Of a stretch of 64,000 nucleotides of DNA, positions 32,479 through 40,357 are shown piece by piece. The notes under the pieces were generated by a model. That model ran no database searches and was not told where the DNA came from. It was given only the letters and a program-made list of their open reading frames with translations. Where the stretch lies: positions 65,150-129,149 of the forward strand of contig PNNN01000050.1 of NCBI GenBank assembly GCA_013824245.1, given 5' to 3'. Position 1 is the stretch's first letter; every line of letters starts with the position of its first letter. The DNA comes from Chlorobiaceae bacterium. GTDB taxonomy: Bacteria; Bacteroidota; Ignavibacteria; UBA10030; SZUA-254. A program made the translations under genes and the position numbers.

Positions 32479-32662
32479 CCCTCACCCCAATGGGGTTGAC
32501 TAATAAGTTTGTTTTCTCGTTACATTCTTCGACTTGCCGTCGAAGAACACTCGAAAACCGACAGGGTAAGCGGGTTCTCGAGTGCGATTTCGAAGAAATC
32601 GTGTATCGAGAGAACATTTTAGTCAGCCACTGGCTACGACGAAGTCGGAGCCGGGGAGAGGG
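32479..32662 (+). ncRNA. structured intergenic element, copy 1 (candidate novel sRNA or structured MITE); strand tentative
   Basis: Nested helices:
- P1: 32479-88 / 32653-62.
- P2: 32494-503 / 32619-28.
- P3: 32511-19 / 32607-15.
- Three hairpins at a 4-way junction: 32525-47, 32548-84, 32585-601.
- An extra hairpin at 32632-52.
A second copy lies at 62107-62278 on the other strand. Confidence 0.5.
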
Positions 32663-32679
32663 TCTGAAAGATCCATATA

Positions 32680-32916
32680 ATGACAAACGCTATCTGGTTT
32701 TTAATAATTCTAGTTCTTGTTGTAGCGTTCTTGATTTACGCCACCAAGAAGCGTTGGGTATCGTGGCGCGGTTCCCATGGAATAGCAACACTAACCGCAT
32801 TCCACGACTTCCAGCCGAAGGATAAACAGGAAGCAATTGAATACGTGATGGAAGAAAAAGCAGGAAAGAAGATGGAAGAGAAAGAAAGCAATGGCAACAA
32901 AGTCCCGAGTGAGTAA
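32680..32916 (+). CDS. small membrane protein (hypothetical)
   Basis: 78 aa. One clear TM helix ([18 protein letters not shown]) followed by a charged tail. Sits immediately upstream of clpB. No family recognised. Confidence 0.45.
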   Translation: MTNAIWFLIILVLVVAFLIYATKKRWVSWRGSHGIATLTAFHDFQPKDKQEAIEYVMEEKAGKKMEEKESNGNKVPSE

Positions 32917-32927
32917 TAAATAAATTT

Positions 32928-35564
32928 ATGAACTTTCAAAAATTCACAATTAAATCGCAGGAGGCAGTCCAGAATGCACAGGAGATTGCCGCAAGTTACG
33001 GCAATCAGTCCATCGAGCCGGAACACTTACTCGCTGCATTAGTACAGGACAGCGAAGGTTTAATTGCACCTATACTTCAAAAAATTGGAGCAAATCTTAA
33101 TTACATCAAAATAAAAATTAATGAGTCTATTGAAAAGCTTCCGAAAGTTTCAGGCACGGGTACAGGCAATCAATTCATAAGTCAAACACTTGTACAGATT
33201 TTCGATAATGCGGTGAAAGAAGCACAATCGCTCAAAGATGAATACGTTAGCACAGAGCATCTGCTTCTTGCGCTTGTTACGGGCAAATCACCAGCCGCTC
33301 AACTTCTTAACAGTCAGGGTGTATCTAAAGATCAAATATATAAAGCGCTCAAAGATATCCGCGGCACACAGCGCGTAACCGACCAAACACCTGAAGAGAA
33401 ATATCAATCGCTTCAACGATTTGGCAGAGATCTTAACGAGCTTGCCCGCAAAGGAAAACTCGATCCTGTAATCGGGCGTGACGAAGAGATTCGCCGCGTA
33501 CTTCAGGTTCTCTCGCGCCGAACAAAAAATAATCCCGTTCTTATCGGCGAACCGGGCGTTGGAAAAACCGCCATCGCCGAGGGTATTGCTCATAGAATCA
33601 TGCAAGGCGACGTACCCGAAAATTTAAAAACAAAACGAATTATAGCTCTTGATATGGGCACGCTTGTGGCGGGTACAAGTTTCCGAGGACAGTTTGAAGA
33701 AAGATTGAAAGCTGTCCTGAAAGAAGTGACCGAATCGGAAGGTGAAATTATTCTCTTCATCGATGAGCTACACACGCTCGTTGGTGCTGGCGCCGCGCAA
33801 GGTGCTGTAGATGCGGCAAATATGTTAAAGCCCGCTCTCGCAAAAGGCGAGCTTCGTGCTATCGGCGCGACTACAATAGATGAGTACAGAAAACATATCG
33901 AAAAAGATCCCGCGCTCGAACGCAGGTTTCAGCCGGTCCTCGTCGACGAACCGACAGTTGAAGATACCGTTTCAATTTTACGCGGACTCAAAGAACGATA
34001 CGAGGTCCATCACGGTGTTCGCATCACCGATGGCGCTATCGTAGCCGCGGCACAACTTAGCCACCGTTACATCAGCGATCGTTTCTTACCTGATAAAGCA
34101 ATCGATTTAGTGGATGAAGCCGCTTCAAAACTCAGAATTGAAATCGATTCTCTCCCCGAAGAACTTGACGAAATCGAGCGGCGTATTAAACAACTTGAAA
34201 TTGAACGCGAAGCGGTAAAGCGCGAAACCGATGAGGAAACCAAAGAACGCTTGGAAGATATAAATAAAGAATTAGCCGAGTTGAATCAGGAGCGCTCTGG
34301 ACTTCGCGCGCACTGGCAAAACGAAAAAGATTTGATTCAATCGATCAGAAAAATGAAAGGCGATATTGAAAACGCTAAAAATGAAGCCGAGCAAAACGAA
34401 CGTTCCGGCAATTTAGCCCGCGTTGCTGAATTGCGTTACGGAATAATCGCTTCATTTGAAAAAAAGCTGAAAGAAGCAAGCGTTAAGCTTGCCGAAATTC
34501 AACAAGATAAAAAAATGTTGAAGGAAGAGGTCGATGCCGAAGATATTGCCGAGATTGTTTCTCGCTGGACCGGAATCCCCTTAAATCGAATGTTAGAAAG
34601 CGAGCGAACGAAACTTCTTCACCTCGAAGAACGACTTCACGAACGGCTTGTCGATCAGGAAGAAGCCGTCCATGCCGTTGCCGATGCAATCCGCCGAAGC
34701 CGTGCCGGCTTGCAGGACGAAAAGAAACCGATAGGTTCATTTATTTTCCTCGGCTCAACTGGTGTCGGAAAAACCGAGCTTGCCCGCGCGCTTGCAGAGT
34801 TTCTATTCAACGATGAAAGCTCGTTGATACGGATCGATATGAGCGAATATATGGAAAAATTTTCTGTATCCCGGCTCATAGGCGCACCTCCCGGATATGT
34901 TGGTTACGAAGAAGGCGGTCAACTGACAGAAGCGGTTCGGCGAAAACCATATTCTGTTGTATTGCTCGATGAGATAGAAAAAGCGCATCCTGAAGTTTTC
35001 AATTTGTTATTGCAGGTTTTGGATGAAGGACGTTTGACTGATAATAAAGGTCGAACTGTCAATTTTAAAAACACAATAATCATAATGACATCGAACCTTG
35101 GATCGCAAATGATTCAGGAGAGATTGAGCGGTGAAATTATTTCGAACGGTGAACTTGAAAAAATTTATGGCGAGTTGCGGATTACGCTATTCGACATGCT
35201 TCGCCAATCGATTAGACCGGAATTTTTAAACCGTATAGATGAAATAATTCTCTTCAAACTTTTAAACAGAGACGATCTCAGGCGAATTATAGATATCCAG
35301 ATAAAACGATTGCAGAAAACGCTTGAACAAAAGAACATCCTGATCGAATTTACGGAAGATGCGAAAGATTGGCTCATCAAGTTAGGTTACGATCCAACGC
35401 TTGGTGCCAGACCTTTAAAGCGTGTGATTCAAAAATATATAGTCAACAAATTGTCTGAAGAAATACTCGCCGGTTCAATTGGCGAAGGTGATACCGTTGA
35501 AGTTTCGCTCGATAAACGCGGACTTATACAGTTCGTTAAGAAAATAACCGCTGAAGTTTTGTAA
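32928..35564 (+). CDS. clpB: ATP-dependent chaperone ClpB
   Basis: 878 aa. Two AAA+ modules ([10 protein letters not shown]; [11 protein letters not shown]) and a coiled-coil middle domain. Confidence 0.97.
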   Translation: MNFQKFTIKSQEAVQNAQEIAASYGNQSIEPEHLLAALVQDSEGLIAPILQKIGANLNYIKIKINESIEKLPKVSGTGTGNQFISQTLVQIFDNAVKEAQSLKDEYVSTEHLLLALVTGKSPAAQLLNSQGVSKDQIYKALKDIRGTQRVTDQTPEEKYQSLQRFGRDLNELARKGKLDPVIGRDEEIRRVLQVLSRRTKNNPVLIGEPGVGKTAIAEGIAHRIMQGDVPENLKTKRIIALDMGTLVAGTSFRGQFEERLKAVLKEVTESEGEIILFIDELHTLVGAGAAQGAVDAANMLKPALAKGELRAIGATTIDEYRKHIEKDPALERRFQPVLVDEPTVEDTVSILRGLKERYEVHHGVRITDGAIVAAAQLSHRYISDRFLPDKAIDLVDEAASKLRIEIDSLPEELDEIERRIKQLEIEREAVKRETDEETKERLEDINKELAELNQERSGLRAHWQNEKDLIQSIRKMKGDIENAKNEAEQNERSGNLARVAELRYGIIASFEKKLKEASVKLAEIQQDKKMLKEEVDAEDIAEIVSRWTGIPLNRMLESERTKLLHLEERLHERLVDQEEAVHAVADAIRRSRAGLQDEKKPIGSFIFLGSTGVGKTELARALAEFLFNDESSLIRIDMSEYMEKFSVSRLIGAPPGYVGYEEGGQLTEAVRRKPYSVVLLDEIEKAHPEVFNLLLQVLDEGRLTDNKGRTVNFKNTIIIMTSNLGSQMIQERLSGEIISNGELEKIYGELRITLFDMLRQSIRPEFLNRIDEIILFKLLNRDDLRRIIDIQIKRLQKTLEQKNILIEFTEDAKDWLIKLGYDPTLGARPLKRVIQKYIVNKLSEEILAGSIGEGDTVEVSLDKRGLIQFVKKITAEVL

Positions 35565-35668
35565 TTAACATGTATTGTGGGGACGGTAGAAGAATCGCCT
35601 CCGTTAGGTAAATAACTGTCCCCATGATACTGTTAAATGATTTACGCTTTCCGATTTAAATAAAATTT

Positions 35669-36496
35669 CTAACTGGATAATTTTCGTTTTCCGGGTTTTT
35701 GCAGGTAGTTTTTCTTCGAAACGATAGACTTGCCTAATCTTTTTTCTAACTTCTTCCTTGCACCTCCGGCAATATCACCGCCGGATTTTGCATCCGATTT
35801 TAATTTAGAAACTCCGTGTGAATTTTCTGTCCGGTGAATTTCGGTCGTAGCCCGCTCTCCCAACATTGTAAAAATCAATTCAAGGTCGTCCATGTGGTCG
35901 CGGAGGTTTTCCCGTTTTAATCTCTTTAGTTTTTTATACTGCGATGGGGTAACTCCGAAAGTTGCCTTCGAAATTTCCGCAGTCAGAATCTCATAATCCT
36001 TATTTTCTTCGGCGCCCCGTTCTTGCCATTCATCTGTAAGCTCTTCACGTATGGCGATTCCGCGCATTCGCTTTTCTATCCAATCTGCAGGATAACCTTT
36101 GAGCTTATAAAGCATTCGAGTCCGCTGGGTTGCTAATTCGGGATTTTCAATTTCCTGAACGCGCTCGTAACCGACTTTAGCTAACCAGCGTTTAAACGGC
36201 TCGGCTTTGGGTGAAGGGATGGATTGGACTATCCTAAAAATACCTTCGGTGTTAGAACAGTCGGTTTCGTACTTTTTTCCATCAGAAGAAACCAATTTCA
36301 GTTGTCGACAAAATGTCGACAACTCAGATCCATCTTCATCTTTAACGCGAATTTTCATTTTATACCAGTAATCCCGCGGATTATCGCTTCCGGTTAGCGC
36401 CGCGACTACATCGATAACCGAGAACCACCATTCATTGTTATGAATCGTTCTTCTAATTTTGCTTCCTTTAAACAACGCGATTTTATTGTTTTCCAT
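35669..36496 (-). CDS. Bro-N domain protein (DinD-like)
   Basis: 275 aa. N-terminal Bro-N-like region (IRRTIHNNEWWFSVIDVVAALTGS...) and a helical C-terminal half. Strong SD AAAGGAGGAT upstream. Confidence 0.7.
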   Translation of the reverse strand: MENNKIALFKGSKIRRTIHNNEWWFSVIDVVAALTGSDNPRDYWYKMKIRVKDEDGSELSTFCRQLKLVSSDGKKYETDCSNTEGIFRIVQSIPSPKAEPFKRWLAKVGYERVQEIENPELATQRTRMLYKLKGYPADWIEKRMRGIAIREELTDEWQERGAEENKDYEILTAEISKATFGVTPSQYKKLKRLKRENLRDHMDDLELIFTMLGERATTEIHRTENSHGVSKLKSDAKSGGDIAGGARKKLEKRLGKSIVSKKNYLQKPGKRKLSS

Positions 36497-36606
36497 TTCT
36501 ATCCTCCTTTGTTCCTATTTGTGAATTTATACTTCTAAAACTCTTCTTCACTTACTCTTGCCCCATTAATTATGTGGCTGAAGCCAACTGTTTTTTCTTT
36601 TTTAAT

Positions 36607-36707
36607 CAGTTCACTTGGCAATGCCATCCCCTCGGGAGAAGTGAACTGCTATAGATTTTCCTTCTTTTTTATTGCAGTTGACTTTAGTCAACTGATAATA
36701 TTTTTTT
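36607..36707 (+). other. pair of strong hairpins sharing CAGTTSAC stems, each followed by a T-run on the + strand
   Basis: First hairpin: 10-bp perfect stem CAGTTCACTT/AAGTGAACTG (36607-16 / 36639-48). Its 22-nt loop holds two mini-hairpins. Second hairpin: 8-bp stem CAGTTGAC/GTCAACTG (36675-82 / 36687-94), followed by TTTTTTT at 36701-07. Confidence 0.5.
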
Positions 36708-36743
36708 AATAGATGGCTTTAGCCGCATTGCTTTTGCCCTGTA

Positions 36744-38390
36744 CTATTTTCGCCTCCTCGCAGGTTCATCTACCCGGCGTTGCTCTTTATTCTTGCCACT
36801 TGCTTTTTCAGATTCCATTTTGGTTTTTTCGATCTTAATCCTCTCCAACAGCACGCTCGCCGGCTCACCTGCCCGCCGAAAATCCTTCTTCCTTTTTGTG
36901 GAAGTCTTAACTTGAGCAAGTTCACGTTCTTCCTTTATCTTTGCTAATAGCTCGGATGCAGGCGGGTCATTCGGGTCTTGCGGCACAAGTTCGCCACGGA
37001 ATGCTTTGGCGAGTATGGATTGCGTGAGTTTCTCTACTTGTTTAGCTGCCTTGGTATAGCGTTGCTCGATTTTATCTGCAACGGTAAATAATTGTTCAAC
37101 TCGACGAATGATTTCTTGCTGTTCTTCGATGGGTGGGATATCAAGATATAATTCTCTTATATCTTTTTGAAATAGATGAGGAGTAGCGGAACCTGTTATC
37201 CTTTCTTTAGCGATGGATTGTAATTTGGGACTACACAAGAAATAGAAAAGGAACTTAGGGATAAATGGTTCTCTCCCTCTAATCACGAGAAGCGATGAAT
37301 TTACAGTAGCTTTTTCCGGTAGTTGAGTAATAATACCAAGCTTTCCGATACCGGCCCCATCTTTGCATAATAAAATATCATTCTCTTGTAATTGTATTTC
37401 GGGGCTTTCTTCATACCGCCATTTTGATATTCTATAGGCATCTCTGTAATCCACTTCTTCACCATAATTTAATGCATATACTGCTAAAAATAGCGGACCT
37501 TCTTTTGTATATTCCTCAGCTTTTAACCCACGCCATCCTATGCGCGCTGCTATGTAAATTAAATTATCCAATTTTGCAGTTGCCCATGAATGAATAAAAT
37601 CATGTTGATTATATTCTAAAATGAAATCTGAATCGGGTTTTTTGGCTTTCCCCTTTTTGTAATCTGCATATTCTTTGTCAAATATTTCTTTTCTTTCCTT
37701 TACAATCCTATCCAACAAAACTACCGCGTTTTCTTCTATTTCATTCTCCTCTCTCCAATCCTCTGTCAACTTGCCAGAGCAGGCAGCAGCGAGGACAGAT
37801 TGCCTAAAACGCTTGAGTAGTTTTGGTATGCGCTCTAACTTTTTCCGACTTCGCTCAACTCGCTCCAATAATTGTTCCAGTTTGGTAACTATACGTTTTT
37901 GCTCGGGAAGTGGGGCGAGAGGAACCGCTGTGTTGGGTGCAAAGGTCTGGTTGATTCCTCCCTGCGCAGAACCTTTGAAGTTCTCCAAGATTCTGTCCTG
38001 ACCTTCCTTTGACATGAGGTAACGGAATAAAAAACGGGAATTAGTACGGTCGGTGGTACGACAAATAAATACGTGCTCATTCACTACTGCTTTCTTATAT
38101 GGGAAATCAGCTCCAACGAACGATGTTTTGCCAGTTGTGGCGCCGTCCTTGACGATGAGAATATCATTGGGTCGAATATGACCTTTGGTCATCAAATCAG
38201 CGAACTTCACTGGGACATACTTCACCGAACCGAAATCAAATCCACCATTGTAGTTTAAGTGTTCCCCGCCGACACTAGGAATACCTCCATTTATTCCCCG
38301 GACACCTCCGCGTGGTCTAGAACCTGATTCAAGGGCTATCAGCAGATCATAAAGCGAAGTCGTTGTCCAACTCTTCGGCAACTCACTCAT
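36744..38390 (-). CDS. hsdS: type I restriction-modification specificity subunit
   Basis: 548 aa. Two target-recognition domains separated by the conserved helical spacer (LPEQKRIVTKLEQLL...) and a second spacer (PPIEEQQEIIRRVEQLF...). ATGA overlap with the hsdM stop. Confidence 0.92.
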   Translation of the reverse strand: MSELPKSWTTTSLYDLLIALESGSRPRGGVRGINGGIPSVGGEHLNYNGGFDFGSVKYVPVKFADLMTKGHIRPNDILIVKDGATTGKTSFVGADFPYKKAVVNEHVFICRTTDRTNSRFLFRYLMSKEGQDRILENFKGSAQGGINQTFAPNTAVPLAPLPEQKRIVTKLEQLLERVERSRKKLERIPKLLKRFRQSVLAAACSGKLTEDWREENEIEENAVVLLDRIVKERKEIFDKEYADYKKGKAKKPDSDFILEYNQHDFIHSWATAKLDNLIYIAARIGWRGLKAEEYTKEGPLFLAVYALNYGEEVDYRDAYRISKWRYEESPEIQLQENDILLCKDGAGIGKLGIITQLPEKATVNSSLLVIRGREPFIPKFLFYFLCSPKLQSIAKERITGSATPHLFQKDIRELYLDIPPIEEQQEIIRRVEQLFTVADKIEQRYTKAAKQVEKLTQSILAKAFRGELVPQDPNDPPASELLAKIKEERELAQVKTSTKRKKDFRRAGEPASVLLERIKIEKTKMESEKASGKNKEQRRVDEPARRRK

Positions 38391-39841
38391 TTCTCTACAC
38401 CTTCTTCTTTTTCAATGAGTGCAACAATCTCGCGCAAGTCGTCAACAACTGCTTCCAACTCTGTAATTGCTTCGCTTGCTAAATCTTGCGGCTCGGGAAG
38501 TTCGTCGCTATCCTCCAACGATTTATCCTTGAGCCATGTTAGATCGAATTTGTAATCCCGTTCCTTGACATCTTCCATAGTAAAGCACTGGAAGCGTCCC
38601 TCATCGCCAAGGTCTTTGCGCTTGCTTCTGCCGTTAGGATCGGCGCCATAACATTTTTCAAATTCCTCAAAATGTTTTCCGCTCAGTGGTCGGTCTTTCT
38701 TTGTAATACCCGGAACATTCGAGCGGGCATCGAATATCCACACTTTTTCAGTTGGTATTCCTTTTTGGAAGAAAATCACATTTGCCTTAACGCCTTGACT
38801 GTATGGTGTAAATGTTCCCCTCGGCAATCTTAGAACCGTATGCAAATTGCAATCCTGCATTAGTATCTCAAACACTTCTCCTGCTTTTCCCTCGAACAAA
38901 CAATTATCAGGTAACACAATTGCTGCTCTGCCGCCGGGTTTAAGAATCTGCATTACATGCTGAACGAAGTTAAGCTGTTTGTTGCTTGTCTCTATTGTAA
39001 AATCATCACGCTCAGGAGCTTGGTTCGCACCCTTTGTGCCAAATGGCGGATTAGTTAAAACCACATCGTAGAATTCACCACGGTTGGCTTCGTAAATAGT
39101 ATCGCCAAGATAGATGTTCGGCTCAACACCATGAAGAAACATATTCATCAATGCAAGACGCCGCGGTCTTGGCACTAAATCCTGTCCATAAAACGTTTTG
39201 GTCTTTATCCGTTTTACAATCTTTCTATCAAGCGCACCTTTCGTCTCTTTCATCAACCATTCATAAGCGACCATAAGAAATCCGCCGGTACCACAGGCAG
39301 GATCGCATATAGCAAATTCATTATTCACTCGCGGATCCGGTTTCATTACTCTTACAATGGATTGAATAAGAACGCGTGGTGTAAAGTATTGTCCCGCTCC
39401 TTTTTTTCCTTCACTCGCCGCTTTCTCCAGCAATCCTTCAAACGCCGCTCCCTTCACATCAACATCCATCGACGACCAGTCTTCATCATCAATCATAGAA
39501 ATTACTTTCTTGAGATTGACCGGATTATTGAATCGTGGTACGGCTTGTTTGAAAATATCCCCAAGAATACCCTGTTGCCTTCCAAGAATTCTGATTACAT
39601 CGGTAAAGTGATCTAACAGCGCTATGCCTGAAAGGGCTGAGAGTTTATTCCATGAACAATCGACTTTGTTCTTTTTCCCCTGTGCGTTTATCTCTTCAAT
39701 GGATGAAAGATCAATATCGCGCTCGTTTGCCATCTTTAGAAAAAGGAGATAAGTGAGCTGCTCGATGTAATCACCATAATCAACACCATCATGACGTAAT
39801 GTATGGCAAAATCCCCAGAGTTTATTTACAATATCAGACAT
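38387..39841 (-). CDS. hsdM: type I restriction-modification N6-adenine DNA methyltransferase subunit
   Basis: 484 aa. HsdM N-terminal domain, SAM motif DPACGTGGFL and catalytic NPPFG. Confidence 0.95.
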   Translation of the reverse strand: MSDIVNKLWGFCHTLRHDGVDYGDYIEQLTYLLFLKMANERDIDLSSIEEINAQGKKNKVDCSWNKLSALSGIALLDHFTDVIRILGRQQGILGDIFKQAVPRFNNPVNLKKVISMIDDEDWSSMDVDVKGAAFEGLLEKAASEGKKGAGQYFTPRVLIQSIVRVMKPDPRVNNEFAICDPACGTGGFLMVAYEWLMKETKGALDRKIVKRIKTKTFYGQDLVPRPRRLALMNMFLHGVEPNIYLGDTIYEANRGEFYDVVLTNPPFGTKGANQAPERDDFTIETSNKQLNFVQHVMQILKPGGRAAIVLPDNCLFEGKAGEVFEILMQDCNLHTVLRLPRGTFTPYSQGVKANVIFFQKGIPTEKVWIFDARSNVPGITKKDRPLSGKHFEEFEKCYGADPNGRSKRKDLGDEGRFQCFTMEDVKERDYKFDLTWLKDKSLEDSDELPEPQDLASEAITELEAVVDDLREIVALIEKEEGVEK

Positions 39842-40257
39842 CTAGAATCCTTATATTTATATCTGTTGTTATTGCTGTCATTTGTCGGTTGTTTCGACAA
39901 GCTCAACAACCGGCAAGCTTTTTTACTCGAAATATCATCCGTTCCCTGAGCTTGTCGAAGGGACGGATTACCAAACTGGGTATAATTTTTAGAAAGTGCT
40001 GGTAATTTTTCAAAAAAACCTTCAATCAACGCCTCTTTCTTTTTTCTACTCCAGCCCTGCACCTGTTTCTCCCTGTAAAACGCTTCGTCAATACGAGGAT
40101 ACTCCTCACAATAAACCAATTCAACAGGTAGCCTGCTTTTAGTATAATTAGCGCCCTCTCCATTTTGGTGCTGCCATAAGCGATGTTCCACATTGATCGT
40201 ACTGCCAGTGTAATACGTTCCATCGCAACATTTGAGTATGTACATATATCCAATCAT
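39826..40257 (-). CDS. free-standing GIY-YIG nuclease-family protein (C-terminal ~50 aa read through repeat hairpins)
   Basis: GIY-YIG core YMYILKCCDGTYYTGST...RLWQH...E...W across the first ~90 aa. The tail (PSLRQAQGTD, LLSLSKQP) is encoded by the hairpin repeats at 39885-39966 and overlaps the hsdM start by 16 nt. Confidence 0.82.
   Translation of the reverse strand: MIGYMYILKCCDGTYYTGSTINVEHRLWQHQNGEGANYTKSRLPVELVYCEEYPRIDEAFYREKQVQGWSRKKKEALIEGFFEKLPALSKNYTQFGNPSLRQAQGTDDISSKKACRLLSLSKQPTNDSNNNRYKYKDSRCLIL
39885..39913. repeat. hairpin repeat with conserved 11-nt loop TCGACAAGCTC
   Basis: Stem GGTTGTT/AACAACC, extendable by C-G and U.G. Loop at 39894-39904. Confidence 0.7.
39939..39966. 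repeat. hairpin repeat presenting the same loop in inverse orientation (GAGCTTGTCGA)
   Basis: Stem CCGT(T)CCCT/AGGGACGG. The loop at 39948-39958 is the exact reverse complement of the loop at 39894-39904. Confidence 0.7.
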
Positions 40258-40269
40258 TTCATGATTTAT

Positions 40270-40357
40270 GCTGAGCTTGTTACACTGAGTTTGTCGAAGT
40301 GTCGAAGCGTTTTGCTGAGCTTGCTTGCACTGAGTTTATCGAAGTGTCGAAGCATTA
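40270..40357. repeat. 2 x 44-bp tandem repeat containing GAGCTTG / GAGTTTGTCGAAG / TGTCGAAG submotifs
   Basis: Unit 1 is GCTGAGCTTGTTACACTGAGTTTGTCGAAGTGTCGAAGCGTTTT. Unit 2 is GCTGAGCTTGCTTGCACTGAGTTTATCGAAGTGTCGAAGCATTA. The array fills the GIY-YIG/hsdR spacer and runs into the hsdR stop codon. Confidence 0.8.

Noticed and set aside
32548-32584. CACTC...GAGTG inverted repeat between dnaK and clpB, reminiscent of a CIRCE/HrcA operator
   Set aside because: The arms lack the TTAGCACTC/GAGTGCTAA flanks. Spacing is ~25 nt instead of 9. Copy 2 has GAGTT and sits in a non-heat-shock context.
32626-32632. GCCACTG, resembling the B12-box core of cobalamin riboswitches, inside element copy 1
   Set aside because: The rest of the cobalamin riboswitch consensus (GGGAA, GGTG..AA..CC, CCCGC..CTG context) is absent. 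Copy 2, which actually sits next to corrinoid genes, lacks the heptamer. Treated as coincidence.
32490-32825. ORFs 32490..32825 (+), 62155..62484 (-) and 62168..62443 (+) sharing the peptide NKFVFSLHSST.RRRTLENR
   Set aside because: The shared peptide is just the conserved nucleotide core of the structured element read in one frame. The ORFs have no start context and diverge immediately outside the repeat. 62155..62484 also overlaps the real corrinoid gene.
35578-35624. Hairpin TGGGGAC...GTCCCCA after clpB as a possible island boundary or att site
   Set aside because: It has a 7-bp stem with a 33-nt loop and no U-tract. I found no matching direct repeat at the other island edge (43040-43160). 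It is probably only a weak convergent-gene terminator region.
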